A stretch of 64,000 nucleotides of DNA from an uncultured Desulfarculus sp. (lineage in GTDB: Bacteria; Desulfobacterota; Desulfarculia; Desulfarculales; Desulfarculaceae), in contig CAXXUK010000001.1 in assembly GCA_963665125.2 (NCBI GenBank), positions 1,504,001 through 1,568,000 of the forward strand. Direction: 5' to 3'. Within the stretch, counting starts at the first letter, position 1. The number at the start of each line of letters is the position of its first letter. The position numbers and the translations under genes are program-made. The notes beneath the pieces were generated by a model. It was not told where the DNA came from, searched no databases, and saw nothing but the letters and a program-made list of their open reading frames with translations. Shown here one piece after another: positions 49,606 through 60,265 of this stretch.

Positions 49606-50270
49606 CCAACCTCCTTGAGCCTGGCGAGCACATAGCGCCCCAGTTCCTCGAATTCCTGGTGACAGAGGCTGCCCGCGGCATAGGTGGCCACAGTGCGGCC
49701 CAGCACCGCCGATTCCACAACGGCCACCCGGTCGTGGATGGGCGGCGACACCGGTCCCATGGCCGAAAGCTGCTCGGGCAGTTCCCTGGCCAGCACGGTG
49801 CCATTTTTTAACCTTGAGGGAACCAGGGCCATAAGCGGCAGACCGTCGTCCCTCTCCCGGCGGGCCTGTTCAACCAGGTCCACGGCTTCCTGGGCGGCCC
49901 AAAGATCCAATGGTGACGGCCCCACCGGTATGAGCACGAAATCGGCGGTAAGGGCCGCCAGCATGGTGGGATCGGCCAACTGCGGCGGCGTGTCGAAAAC
50001 CAGTATATCGGCCCGGGACTGCTTGATCGCCTGGTCCAGGGTGGCCTTGAATTTCATGGCCCCGGCGCCGGCCCCGAGAAAGGCCACCTGGAAGCCCAAA
50101 GCCTCGCCGTCGCCCTGCCGGGCCCAGCGCATGGCCGACTTTTGCAGGTCCAAATCGACCACCCCCACCTGGGCCTTGCGCCTGGCAGCCAGAGCCGCCG
50201 CCAGGTTCAGGGCAATGGTCGTCTTGCCCACACCGCCTTTCAGGTTGGCAACCGCAATGATTTTCGGCAT
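49602..50270 (-). CDS. parA: Short (type Ib) ParA-family ATPase
   Basis: KGGVGKTT, DLDLQ.S, DTPP, P..PSPLDL; GGAGG RBS before ATG 50270; no N-terminal HTH. Confidence 0.88.
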   Translation of the reverse strand: MPKIIAVANLKGGVGKTTIALNLAAALAARRKAQVGVVDLDLQKSAMRWARQGDGEALGFQVAFLGAGAGAMKFKATLDQAIKQSRADILVFDTPPQLADPTMLAALTADFVLIPVGPSPLDLWAAQEAVDLVEQARRERDDGLPLMALVPSRLKNGTVLARELPEQLSAMGPVSPPIHDRVAVVESAVLGRTVATYAAGSLCHQEFEELGRYVLARLKEVG

Positions 50271-50549
50271 ATACCCTCCCCATGCCGCCTCTGTTCCTGG
50301 CCCTCGACAATAGCAGCACCATGCCCGTGGGTCAAGATTGGCAAAAACGCTGCCCAACGGGGCGTCTTCGATAGAGCCACTAGTTTTCATCGGCTTTCTT
50401 TACATAGCCACTCCAAAAACAGACATCCAATAAACCAAGGCTCTTCTTTTTATTGTATATGTACTATTTGATATGCTATACATCCCAATATCTGATTTGC
50501 TCTCGGTTTTTGGAGCAAATACTAAAGTGTCAATCTAGGTGGGGTAACA

Positions 50550-52112
50550 ATGGCTTTTGAAAAAGAATTGGAACAGCTCGAAAAACGAAAACAACGCGCC
50601 CTGGCCATGGGCGGTCCGGAAAAAGTGGCCCAACATCATGCCAAGGGTAAATACGACGCCAGGCAACGCATAGACCATTTGGTTGACAACGGCTCCTTCA
50701 TGGAAGTGGGCCTGTTGAATCATTCCGACATGCCGGGCATGGAAGACAAGACCCCGGCCGACTCCAAAGTGGGCGGACTGGCCAAGATCGATGGCCGCTC
50801 CATCGCCATTCTGGCCAACGACTTCACGACATTGGCCGCCACATCCAGCCGGGTGGCCGGCTACAAGGAAGGCCACATCAAACATATCGCCGCCAAGCAT
50901 GGCCTGCCCCTGGTCTACCTGGGCGAAGCCGGCGGCGCGCGCATGCCCGACATCATGGGCTCCAAGGGCCTGGCCTCTTTTGGCGGCGGCGGCCTGGATT
51001 CATATTTACACATAATGACCAGGGTGCGTCAAACCCCGATGATCGCGGCGGTCATGGGCGAATGCTACGGCATGCCCACATGGATGTCCTGTCTGGCCGA
51101 TATCGTGGTCCAGGTAAAAGGTTCGGCCCTTGGCGTTTCCGGCCCCAGGGTGCTGGAGATAGCCCTGGGCGAAAAGATCACCGACGAAGAGCTGGGCGGC
51201 TGGAAGGTTCACGCCGAAGTGACCGGCATGAGCGACGCCGTGGTGGAAAACGAGGACGAATGCTTCGAGGTAATCAAACGCTACCTGAGCTATCTTCCCT
51301 CTCACCGCGATGAGCTTCCGCCGTATGTTGAGCCGCCCGAGGGTTCTGGCGACGGCATGCCTAACATCCTGGACATTTTGCCCGAGAAGCGCAACCGGGC
51401 TTATGACATGCATAAGATCCTGGCCTGCATCGCCGACACCGGCAGCCTGATGCCCCTGAAGCCCAGCTTCGGCAAGAACGTCATCACGGCATTCGCCCGC
51501 ATAGGCGGACGCTCGGTGGGCTTCGTGGCCAACCAGCCCATGTGCGGCGCCGGAGCCATGGACACCGACGGCATCGACAAGGTCACCAGCTTCCTGTGCC
51601 TGTGCGACACATTCAACGTGCCCCTGGTTTTCATGCACGATACGCCGGGCTTCCTGGTGGGCCGGGAGGCCGAACGCCGCCGCGTCGGGGCCAAGGTGAT
51701 GAACTTCATGAACGCCCTGGGCCTGTTGAGCGTGCCGCGCATATCCATCATCGCCCGCAAATCATACGGCATGGCCTTTTATAATATGCTCGGCTCCGGC
51801 ACGGGCGCCGATTTCCTGGTGGCCTGGCCTTCGGCCGAGATCAGCTTCGTGGCTCCGGAGATAGCGGCCAACGTGGTCTTTGGCGGCAAGGTGCCCAAGG
51901 ATGACCGGGAAAAAGAAAAATGGCAGCAGATGGTCGACAACATGATCGAAGACTCGACTCCATATGCCGCCGCCGGCGTGCACATGATTCACGATGTAAT
52001 AGACCCGCGTGAAACTCGTGACTACATCATCCGGTGCCTAGACGTCTGCCAGGATGATCGCACGGGAGGCATTAGCAATAACGGTTTGGCCAACTGGCCG
52101 ACAAAATTTTAG
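50550..52112 (+). CDS. Acyl-CoA carboxyltransferase (PccB/MccB-like beta subunit)
   Basis: ARQRIDHLVD.GSF, GGARM, ELGG..VH, DTPGF.VG, DVIDPRETR. Confidence 0.9.
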   Translation: MAFEKELEQLEKRKQRALAMGGPEKVAQHHAKGKYDARQRIDHLVDNGSFMEVGLLNHSDMPGMEDKTPADSKVGGLAKIDGRSIAILANDFTTLAATSSRVAGYKEGHIKHIAAKHGLPLVYLGEAGGARMPDIMGSKGLASFGGGGLDSYLHIMTRVRQTPMIAAVMGECYGMPTWMSCLADIVVQVKGSALGVSGPRVLEIALGEKITDEELGGWKVHAEVTGMSDAVVENEDECFEVIKRYLSYLPSHRDELPPYVEPPEGSGDGMPNILDILPEKRNRAYDMHKILACIADTGSLMPLKPSFGKNVITAFARIGGRSVGFVANQPMCGAGAMDTDGIDKVTSFLCLCDTFNVPLVFMHDTPGFLVGREAERRRVGAKVMNFMNALGLLSVPRISIIARKSYGMAFYNMLGSGTGADFLVAWPSAEISFVAPEIAANVVFGGKVPKDDREKEKWQQMVDNMIEDSTPYAAAGVHMIHDVIDPRETRDYIIRCLDVCQDDRTGGISNNGLANWPTKF

Positions 52113-52150
52113 CGGGCGCTGCTTAGCCGCCTGCCTACTGGAGGATTAAA

Positions 52151-53299
52151 ATGGGTAAAAAAGTTTTAAAAACCAGACTTTGTGAAGTGCTGGGCATCGA
52201 ATATCCCATCCTCAGCGCTGGAATGGGCCCCACTCTGATGGGTGAAACCACCGGAGCGCCGGTGGAACTGGTCGTGGCAGTAAGCGAGGCCGGCGGCATG
52301 GGCGTATTGGGCGGCAGCGGCTTTACCGTCGACGAACTGCGCGACGCCATCCGCGAGATCAAAAAGCTCACTGACAAGCCCTTTGGCGTGGACCTGCTCC
52401 TGCCTAAAAACATCGACTTCAGCGCGCGTAAGGAAGGCTCGACCGAGATGCCCCTGCGCGATATCGTTGCCATGCTGCCCAAGGAATACCAGGAGTGGAT
52501 GAAAAAAATCAAAACCGAGATGAGCCTACCCGACGATGACGTCATCGTGCGCACCAACACCACGACCATGCGCCCCCAAGAAGCCGTGGCCGCGTGCATG
52601 GAAGAAGGCATCCCCCTGTTTGTCGCCGGTCTGGGCAACCCCGGTTTTATGGTCCCCGAGGCCCACTCCAAGGGAATCAAGGTGGCTGGCATCACCGGCA
52701 ACTCCAAAAATGCCAAGCGTATAGCTGAATCGGGCGTGGACTTCCTGATAGCCCAAGGCTACGAGGGCGGCGGCCACACCGGCCGTATCGGCACCATGGC
52801 CCTGCTTCCGGCGGCCATGGACGCAGCCGCTCCGGTGCCCCTGGTGGGCGCGGGCGGCATCGGCGACGGCCGCGGACTGGCGGCCTGTCTGGCCATGGGC
52901 TGCGTCGGCGTATGGGTCGGCACCCGCTTCCTGGCCACCAACGAAGGCGGCGCCCTGCCCGTCAACAAGCAGCGCATCATCGACTCCACCGATGAAGACA
53001 CCAGAGTCAGCCGGGCCTACTCCGGCAAGACCCTGCGGGCCAGCTACAACGGCTTCCATGACCTGTGGGACGCCTCCGGCCTGCCGCCGCTACCGTTCCC
53101 GACCCAGGTCATGCTCAGCTCCGCCATGCTCAGCAGCTTCCTCCAGGCCCAGAAGAACGATTACGTGGGCGGCCTGGCCGGTCAGATTTCGGGCATCATT
53201 CACGAAATCAAACCCGCAGCCAAGGTTTTGGAGGAAATGGTCGAAGAGGCAGTGGAGATCCTCAGCGAGAGCCTGCCCAAAAATGTAACATGGAAGTAA
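52151..53299 (+). CDS. Nitronate monooxygenase / FabK-like FMN enzyme
   Basis: LGIEYPI, AVSEAGG.G, QGYEGGGHTG, AGGIGDGRG, GTRF. Confidence 0.88.
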   Translation: MGKKVLKTRLCEVLGIEYPILSAGMGPTLMGETTGAPVELVVAVSEAGGMGVLGGSGFTVDELRDAIREIKKLTDKPFGVDLLLPKNIDFSARKEGSTEMPLRDIVAMLPKEYQEWMKKIKTEMSLPDDDVIVRTNTTTMRPQEAVAACMEEGIPLFVAGLGNPGFMVPEAHSKGIKVAGITGNSKNAKRIAESGVDFLIAQGYEGGGHTGRIGTMALLPAAMDAAAPVPLVGAGGIGDGRGLAACLAMGCVGVWVGTRFLATNEGGALPVNKQRIIDSTDEDTRVSRAYSGKTLRASYNGFHDLWDASGLPPLPFPTQVMLSSAMLSSFLQAQKNDYVGGLAGQISGIIHEIKPAAKVLEEMVEEAVEILSESLPKNVTWK

Positions 53300-53321
53300 T
53301 TCCAACCAACGACCCCACCCG

Positions 53322-53372
53322 GGGCGTGGACGCCATGTGTCGGCCTTTTGGTTTCGGCGTCCACGCCCTTTC
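53322..53372. terminator. Stem-loop between convergent genes
   Basis: GGGCGTGGACGCC-N22-GGCGTCCACGCCC followed by TTT. Confidence 0.55.
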
Positions 53373-53385
53373 TCGTTTTATGGGG

Positions 53386-54285
53386 TTACTGGCCCGCTCC
53401 TGGTTTGAGCACCAGGTCGATGATTTTGTTTGCCGAAATATCCCTCGGCTTGCCGCTGAAATCCATCATCCTGAAAGTCTTTGTGGTCGTGCCGTCGCTG
53501 AAGGTGGCGTTTTTTATACGCACGGTGTAGCCGATGGCCAACCTGTTGCGCGGCACGCTGGGGGCGCTCAAGTTACGGACCATCAGCACCAGGCGTTTGC
53601 GGTCCAGGAACTTGTAATAACCGGCCCATTGGGCGTTGGCCCGTTTGTCTTTGGACGCGCAGCGCTTTGGGTCGTCACTCATCTTCAGGTTGGGAAAATC
53701 GCTGAAAAAACACACGGCGGATCCGTCCGAAATGTCCTTGCCCCAGCCGTTGATGGAAACGACCTTGGGTTCCATATCAATACCTTTGATGTAGATCGGC
53801 TCCCTTTGAACGGGCTCGGTCGGTTCAGGTTCCGGCAGGGGCGCTTGCAGGGCAACCGGCTTTAAATACACCTTTATTGTTTCAGAGGAATCACTTCTTA
53901 TCCAGAAATTGCGTTGGACCGTTTCATAGCCGTTTTTCTTGACCCAAATGTGATATTGGCCGGTCTTGACGTTTGCATAGGCCACGGCCTGGCCCAAGTC
54001 ACGCTGAAAATGGATGTTGCGCATTTCCGTGCTGGTGTTTTCCATCAACTTTTTAGTACCGCTGTGCATCACCGAAACCGTGAAGTCATTGAGAGACAAT
54101 CCGTTTTCGTTGTTAAAGGCATAGACCATGAAATTGGGTTTGTAATAATCCGCCAGCGGTTTATCGACTTCCACCGGTGCGTTGATATCCCACATTATTA
54201 TGGGCGCGGGGGCGACACCGGGCCAAAACACCAACACCGCAGCCAGGCAAATGGTTATCCAAAAAGGCAAACGTTTGATTTCCAT
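53386..54285 (-). CDS. Exported hypothetical protein with PEGA/carboxypeptidase-regulatory-like domain
   Basis: Signal peptide; G.Y.I.V.K.GY motif; Pro-rich linker PLPEPEPTEP. Confidence 0.65.
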   Translation of the reverse strand: MEIKRLPFWITICLAAVLVFWPGVAPAPIIMWDINAPVEVDKPLADYYKPNFMVYAFNNENGLSLNDFTVSVMHSGTKKLMENTSTEMRNIHFQRDLGQAVAYANVKTGQYHIWVKKNGYETVQRNFWIRSDSSETIKVYLKPVALQAPLPEPEPTEPVQREPIYIKGIDMEPKVVSINGWGKDISDGSAVCFFSDFPNLKMSDDPKRCASKDKRANAQWAGYYKFLDRKRLVLMVRNLSAPSVPRNRLAIGYTVRIKNATFSDGTTTKTFRMMDFSGKPRDISANKIIDLVLKPGAGQ

Positions 54286-54540
54286 GACATTACACCCGTC
54301 TTGGGTTTTCTTCTCCCCATGGCTGGCAGCCGGGAAAACAGCATTGGCCGACGTTTGTTCATAGCCGCGCCTACACCGTTTCGACCCGTTCCGACATTCA
54401 CCGTATGTTTTTATGTTATCCCCAATTAAAACCAGCGTTCAACTCGGCAGATTAAGGTGCCATTACACCCCTTGGCGCCAAACGAAAAAGCCGCGGGCGC
54501 TTTACGCACCCGCGGCCGGTTATGTGTCGGTACGGCAGGA

Positions 54541-55829
54541 TCAGGAACGATCGTCAATCGGAGTATAGTCCGACAGGGTCTTGCCCGTGTAGATCTGGCG
54601 TGGCCTGTACAACTTCCAATTAGGATCGCTGGCGCCTTCCTTCCACTGGGCGATCCAGCCGGGCAAGCGGCCGATGGCAAACATCACCGTGAACATGTTG
54701 GTGGGGATGCCCATGGCCCGCAGGACGATTCCGCTGTAGAAGTCCACGTTGGGATAGAGGTTGTGGTCGATGAAGTATTGATCTTCCAAAGCGACCTCTT
54801 CCAACTGCTTGGCGATGTCCAGCAGCGGATCGTGGATATTCAGCTTTGCCAGCACGTTGTCGCACATCTGCTTCATGATCTTGGCCCTGGGGTCATATGC
54901 CTTGTACACCCGGTGACCAAAACCCATCAGCCGGAACGGATCGTCCTTGTCCTGGGCCTTTTTGATAAAAGGCGATGCGTCGCCGCCATTGGCCTGGATC
55001 ATTTCCAGCATTTCGATGACGGCCTGGTTGGCGCCTCCGTGCAGCGGACCCCACAAGGCGGCGATACCGGCCGAAATAGCCGCGTAAAGATTGACCCTGG
55101 CGCTGCCCACCAGGCGAACCGCGGCCGTGGAGCAGTTTTGCTCGTGATCGGCATGCAGAATCCAGAACACGTTGAGGGCCCGCAGCAGATCCTCGTCGAG
55201 CTTGTAGGGCTTGACCGGGCTGTCGAACATCATGTTCAGGAAGTTGGCGCAGTAGCTCAAATTGGGCTTGGGATAAACCACCACATGACCCCGGGACATC
55301 TTGTAGGCCATTGCCGCCATGGTCCTCACCTTGGACAGCAGGCGGGTCAGGGTGATGTTGATTTCCTCCTTAGCGGTCTGCCCCTCAAGAGTGGGTAGAA
55401 ACTGCGCAGGGCATTGACCATGGAAGACAAAATGCCCATGGGGTGGGCGTTGCGGGGGAAATTGTTGAAGAACAAATGCATGTCTTCATGCACCAGCGAG
55501 TGCTCGTTCAACAGCTCGGAAAAACGGCTGAGTTCATCACGGGTGGGCAATCTGCCGTTGATCAGCAGATAGGCCGTTTCCACGAAGCTCGCCTGCTCGG
55601 CCAGTTGCTGCACCGGGATGCCCCGGTAGCGCAAAACGCCCTCTTCACCGTTCATGAATGTAATATCCGAGGTGCAGCTGCCGGTGTTTGCAAATCCGGG
55701 GTCCAGAGTGATGTAGCCGGTTTTTTGTCTTAGTTGGCGGATATCAATCGCCTTTTCACCCTCGGATCCCTCGACTACGGGCAACTCTATTGTCTTGTCG
55801 CCAATAATAATCTTCGCAACTTCACTCAT
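54541..55829 (-). pseudogene. gltA: Type II citrate synthase split by a 1-nt frameshift
   Basis: 5' part: DPGFANT, LRYRG, AHPM. 3' part: HADHEQN, GPLHGGAN, GFGHRVYK, YPNVDFYSG. Adding one base near 55392 restores FYP.LEGQTAKEEINITLTRLLSKVRTM. Confidence 0.88.
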
Positions 55830-56202
55830 AAGCCTACATCCTGACCCATTCCATGATTACAATACTGGCCACAGGCACCGGGTTGACGGTACTGGGCGGG
55901 TGGTTATTGTTAATTTCGGTCCATTTGGCGGGGCGCTGACGTTAATCTCACCGTTTGGGACCTAATAAAAAAGCACAACATCATCGCCATTGCAATGCTT
56001 TTTTACGAATAATTATCATCTCAACAGTTTGATCAGATAAAGCAACTTACACGATTGACCGGGTTGCTACTTTGGCCTCATTTTACTAATCTGTCTAAAA
56101 AGCAATCAGTGATGAAAGAGCCCGCTTTGTTGATCCAATTGGGCCGTCATTACATTTGCTAAGGAGGCGTCACTTGGAAAGCGACGGTGGAACCGGGCAA
56201 CA

Positions 56203-58575
56203 ATGGCATTAAAATATACCAAAAAATCCCCACATTTCCACTCTGAGCCGCAAGGCTTTGAAACCATGGAAGAATCACTCATCGTTGGCGGATGGGGCAA
56301 GTTCGGCCCCAAACGGCGGTTTTTTTTCACGTCCATCATGGCCGCCTATTGGTTGTTGGGTATCTGGCAAATAGCTTCATTGGTTTCATTTACCTGCGCC
56401 CACAAGCAAACTTCCCTGGTTTGGCTGGCCATTGCCGCCCTGCCCGGCTTGGTGTCGCTGTTTTGGCGCCGCGCCGACCTGGGTCTGCGGGCAACTTTGG
56501 GCATGGCGTTCTTCTATTGCATGGCCGTGACCGGCTTTTTACTAAGCCAGTGGTCCGCGCCTTTATGGCTGCTCAGCGCCTCGTTGCTTGCCGCCATGTT
56601 CATCGGCCTGATCGCGGCCGCCACGACACTGGCCATCAACCTGCTTCTGCTCATTGCCGCTGCTTATTATTCGCTGGAAGGGGTGGTCGTTCTGCCAGCG
56701 GGTTCATCACTGGACGTTGTCCAGTGGGCCTGGATCATCACCGGCTTTATGATCTTCTGCTCCGCCGGCACCCTGGGGATCGCCTATTTACTGCGCGGCC
56801 TGCGGACAAGCATGGCCAGCCTCACATCAGTCAGCGAAGTGTTGAAACAGGAGCAGGAGCAGCTACGCCTGGAAAGCATGGCCCACGGCGAAACCGTAGG
56901 GGAATTGAAAAAGAGCGAAGCCAGATTCCGCTTACTGGCTCAAAACGCCGTTGATATCATATGGATGGCCGACCTTGAACTCAATCTGACCTATGTCAGC
57001 CCATCTATCGAAAGAATCTTGCATATGACCCCGGCGGAGGCGCTCAGCCGAGGCCTGAAGATGTATATACCGCCTGAGGAATATGACAAGCTTTCGGCGT
57101 ATCTCGCCGCGGAAAAGGCCAACCAAGCCATGGGCGCCCCCCCGTTTGGCAACGGCGCGTTCGACGTGCGCATATATCGAGACGATGGTGAAATGGTCTG
57201 GCTCAGCACCGGCATGGGCATAATGCGCGACGAAAATGGCAACCCCATGGGCATTCAGGGCGTCAGCCGCGATGTCACCAGACGCAAAAAAGCCGACCAG
57301 GAGATAATGGCCAAATCCGATGAACTCGGCAGGGCCCTTGAAGAACTGAGCACCACACGTAAAATCATCCAGACCAGCCGCAACAAACTCAAAGCCATAT
57401 TCGACGGCCTCAGCGACCCGATCATCTCCGTAACGCCGGAAAGGGAAATAGAATCCATGAACCTGGCCGCGGCGGCCTTTGCCCAGGGGCACCCCCGGGA
57501 TTTGGTGGGCCTCTCGGCCGCGGAGTATTTAAACCGCATCGACCTTCACCCCACGGTGGGCGAAACGGTGCTCGAATCCTTTAAAACAATGCTCGAAAGC
57601 CGGAGCTATCAATGGCGCTTGGTGGAATACCCTTCCAATGAAGGGCCCATGTTTTTCGAAATCAACGTCACCCCGGCCCATAACGACGGCGGCGGCATAG
57701 CTCTGGGTATCATTCACTTTGTCGATGTCACAGAAATCAAACGCCTTGAGATACAGATACGGCGCTACAACGAAGAGCTGGAGGCCATGGTGGCCGAAAG
57801 AACCGCCGAGCTTACCGTGGCCCATCAGGAGCTCAGCGAAGAAAGAGACCGCCTGGCCCAGGTGAACATGGAGCTTCAACGCCTGGATCAGCTGCGCCAC
57901 GATCTGACAAATATGGTGGTTCACGACATGAAAGGCCCCCTGGCCGAACTCATGGGCAATCTGGACCTGCTCTATTATGACCTGGAAAAAATGCAGCGGG
58001 ACGAGACCCTCGACTTGGCCACCATGGGCGCCCGGGACCTCCTGCGCATGATCATGAACCTGCTGGATATCGACCGTCTGGAAGAAGATCGCCTCAAGGC
58101 CCGCAAACAGGCCATCGATTTCGTACCCCTGGCCCAGAGGGTGGTCGACAAGTTCACGACCATGATCAGGCTCAAGGGGCTGGATATCACTATCGACGAT
58201 TCCACGGCCTCCGGGCTGTTCGCCGACCAGGATCTGATGGAGCGCGTGATCCAGAACCTGTTGACCAATGCCTTGCAGTACACGGACAAAGGCGGCATCG
58301 CCATCTCCGCCCACAGTTCTGACGACGCGACCATCATTGTCAGCGTGGCCGATACGGGCAAGGGCATACCTAAAAAGGCCCACGACCTCATTTTCCGCAA
58401 GTTCATGCAGGCCAGCGACAGTGGCGGACCGCGCACGAGCACGGGCCTCGGCCTGACCTTTTGCAAGCTGGCCACCGAGGCCCATGGCGGAAAAATCTGG
58501 TTTGAAAGCACCGAAGGCAAGGGCTCGACGTTTTACGTCAGCCTGCCGATGCAAACAGGTGAGCAGACGGATTGA
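56203..58575 (+). CDS. Membrane PAS-domain sensor histidine kinase
   Basis: TM region, two PAS domains, HDMKGPL H-box, NLLTNA, DTGKGI, GLGL; start uncertain. Confidence 0.9.
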   Translation: MALKYTKKSPHFHSEPQGFETMEESLIVGGWGKFGPKRRFFFTSIMAAYWLLGIWQIASLVSFTCAHKQTSLVWLAIAALPGLVSLFWRRADLGLRATLGMAFFYCMAVTGFLLSQWSAPLWLLSASLLAAMFIGLIAAATTLAINLLLLIAAAYYSLEGVVVLPAGSSLDVVQWAWIITGFMIFCSAGTLGIAYLLRGLRTSMASLTSVSEVLKQEQEQLRLESMAHGETVGELKKSEARFRLLAQNAVDIIWMADLELNLTYVSPSIERILHMTPAEALSRGLKMYIPPEEYDKLSAYLAAEKANQAMGAPPFGNGAFDVRIYRDDGEMVWLSTGMGIMRDENGNPMGIQGVSRDVTRRKKADQEIMAKSDELGRALEELSTTRKIIQTSRNKLKAIFDGLSDPIISVTPEREIESMNLAAAAFAQGHPRDLVGLSAAEYLNRIDLHPTVGETVLESFKTMLESRSYQWRLVEYPSNEGPMFFEINVTPAHNDGGGIALGIIHFVDVTEIKRLEIQIRRYNEELEAMVAERTAELTVAHQELSEERDRLAQVNMELQRLDQLRHDLTNMVVHDMKGPLAELMGNLDLLYYDLEKMQRDETLDLATMGARDLLRMIMNLLDIDRLEEDRLKARKQAIDFVPLAQRVVDKFTTMIRLKGLDITIDDSTASGLFADQDLMERVIQNLLTNALQYTDKGGIAISAHSSDDATIIVSVADTGKGIPKKAHDLIFRKFMQASDSGGPRTSTGLGLTFCKLATEAHGGKIWFESTEGKGSTFYVSLPMQTGEQTD

Positions 58576-58593
58576 AGCGGCCGGTTCGGCCGG

Positions 58594-59184
58594 TTAGTTG
58601 GCGGGCGTGGCCTGCATCTCCGGAATGGCGCCGCTGAACTTTTTGGCAGCCTCGCCGGTGCCGTATTTGGCCCAGAGCCTCTGCACGTCGCGTTTATCCA
58701 CGTGGACAATACGCCAGACATCAGCCTGGCGCATCATTCCCATGCGCAGACGGTCGCCTCTTTCCGGATCGGCAAACACCACCAAGGCCCTGTCGCCGTT
58801 TTGGTTCACCGTGGCGGCATAGGCCACCACAAACGGCGAAGGCAGTTGGTCGGCGTCCAGGCTTTTCATTATTTGCTTGAACTGTTCCTGAACCAAGCGG
58901 GGATTGCTGGCCACCACCGTACTGAGCACCCCTTGCAGGGCATTGCGAAGATTGTTCTGATTGATGGCCTGATCGCCGGCGGTCTTGCCCATGGTCAGAT
59001 TGGTCTGTTCAGCCATGATCCTGGGCAAATCCACATAGGCCAGGAATGTGGCGGCATCGCCGTCACGCAGTGAGGAGGCTACCTGGTAAAGGGCATAGCG
59101 CGGGCTGTGCAGCAGTGTATAAGTGCCCCAAAATGCCGCCGCCGCCAAAGCCAGGGGCAGAACTATAGTAAAAAACCGTTTCAA
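58594..59184 (-). CDS. Hypothetical membrane-anchored protein (DUF2939-like)
   Basis: TM helix followed by SPRYAL....D...F..YVD and C-terminal WRI. Confidence 0.65.
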   Translation of the reverse strand: MKRFFTIVLPLALAAAAFWGTYTLLHSPRYALYQVASSLRDGDAATFLAYVDLPRIMAEQTNLTMGKTAGDQAINQNNLRNALQGVLSTVVASNPRLVQEQFKQIMKSLDADQLPSPFVVAYAATVNQNGDRALVVFADPERGDRLRMGMMRQADVWRIVHVDKRDVQRLWAKYGTGEAAKKFSGAIPEMQATPAN

Positions 59185-59187
59185 GGG

Positions 59188-59415
59188 TCATTCCTCTTTG
59201 ATGGACGAAGCCGTGTCTCCGGCGGGCACCATGCCGTCCTTGTTGAACAGCACCTCTCCCACCACCCGGTCGGCTTCGTCGGCCGTGTCAAGCAGCATTT
59301 CGACGACCTCGATCATCTCGCCGCGCAATTCCTCACCGGCATACTGAAAGGCATCGGCCCATCCTCCGTTGGCCAGCCACTCCTTGAAGTTTTGCAGATC
59401 GCGTAGTTTCAACAT
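59188..59415 (-). CDS. Small hypothetical protein
   Basis: Acidic helical ORF in the same orientation as its operon neighbours; start uncertain. Confidence 0.5.
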   Translation of the reverse strand: MLKLRDLQNFKEWLANGGWADAFQYAGEELRGEMIEVVEMLLDTADEADRVVGEVLFNKDGMVPAGDTASSIKEE

Positions 59416-59446
59416 GTGCCGAGTATAGGCTGCGCCCGGCAATGTG

Positions 59447-60265
59447 TCAATCTTGGCGGTGTTTAACCGTCACCCGCAGGCCCCTGGGATCACTGGACAG
59501 AGCGCTGATCCGCCCGGCCAGGGATCCGCCATTCAGGCTCAATTCAAGACGGCCGTCAGAACTTACGACAGCCACGTACCGGCCCCTTTCCGCCGCGCCA
59601 TAGGTGTGACTTATTTGACCGATAGTAATGGTTTGACCGGGCAGATGCAGCGTGACCTCGCCGGGTTGCCCGGCCAGGAACCCATGCAGCATCTCCGCCG
59701 GAATGTTGCTGGCCAGGTTGCCGAACGAATCCACGCCGATGACCTCGCCGCTGATGACCTCCGCCGTCCGGCGTGCCTTGGGCCAGGCCAGCAACACCGG
59801 ATCGCTGATCATCGGGCCAAGTTCTTCCGGGGCCAAGCCGCAGGCCAGCCGGGCCGCGCAAGGGGCGAAGATATCCCGGCCGTGAAATGTGGCCGAAACG
59901 GGCCGGCGGAAAAAGGCCTGGTTTTCCAGGGCCCAGGCCTCGGCCTTGGCGTCGGCCAACAGCGGCGCGCTCAACAGGCCGTTGTCCGGCCCCACGAAAA
60001 ACATATCCATGGCCCGCACGGCCATGGCCCTGCGTGAGCTACCCACGCCTGGGTCGACCACACACAAATGAACCGTGCCCGGCGGAAAGGCGGTCATGGC
60101 CTGTTCGACGGCAAGGGCACCGGCCCGCACGTCCTGGGGTGCGATGGTGTGGCAGATATCCACCAGGGCGGCCTCGCGGCAGATGCCCAGGACCACGCCC
60201 TTCATGACGCCCACGAAAGGCCCATGGCCAAAGTCCGTGGTCAGGGTTATCACCGGGCGGGTCAT
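59447..60265 (-). CDS. SAM hydroxide adenosyltransferase / halogenase (DUF62) family
   Basis: TLTTDFG, VVDPGVGS.R, GPDNG, TFHGRDIFAP, DSFGN. Confidence 0.92.
   Translation of the reverse strand: MTRPVITLTTDFGHGPFVGVMKGVVLGICREAALVDICHTIAPQDVRAGALAVEQAMTAFPPGTVHLCVVDPGVGSSRRAMAVRAMDMFFVGPDNGLLSAPLLADAKAEAWALENQAFFRRPVSATFHGRDIFAPCAARLACGLAPEELGPMISDPVLLAWPKARRTAEVISGEVIGVDSFGNLASNIPAEMLHGFLAGQPGEVTLHLPGQTITIGQISHTYGAAERGRYVAVVSSDGRLELSLNGGSLAGRISALSSDPRGLRVTVKHRQD

Noticed and set aside
55370..55400. Programmed ribosomal frameshift in gltA
   Set aside because: No slippery heptamer is visible and I know of no precedent; an indel is simpler.
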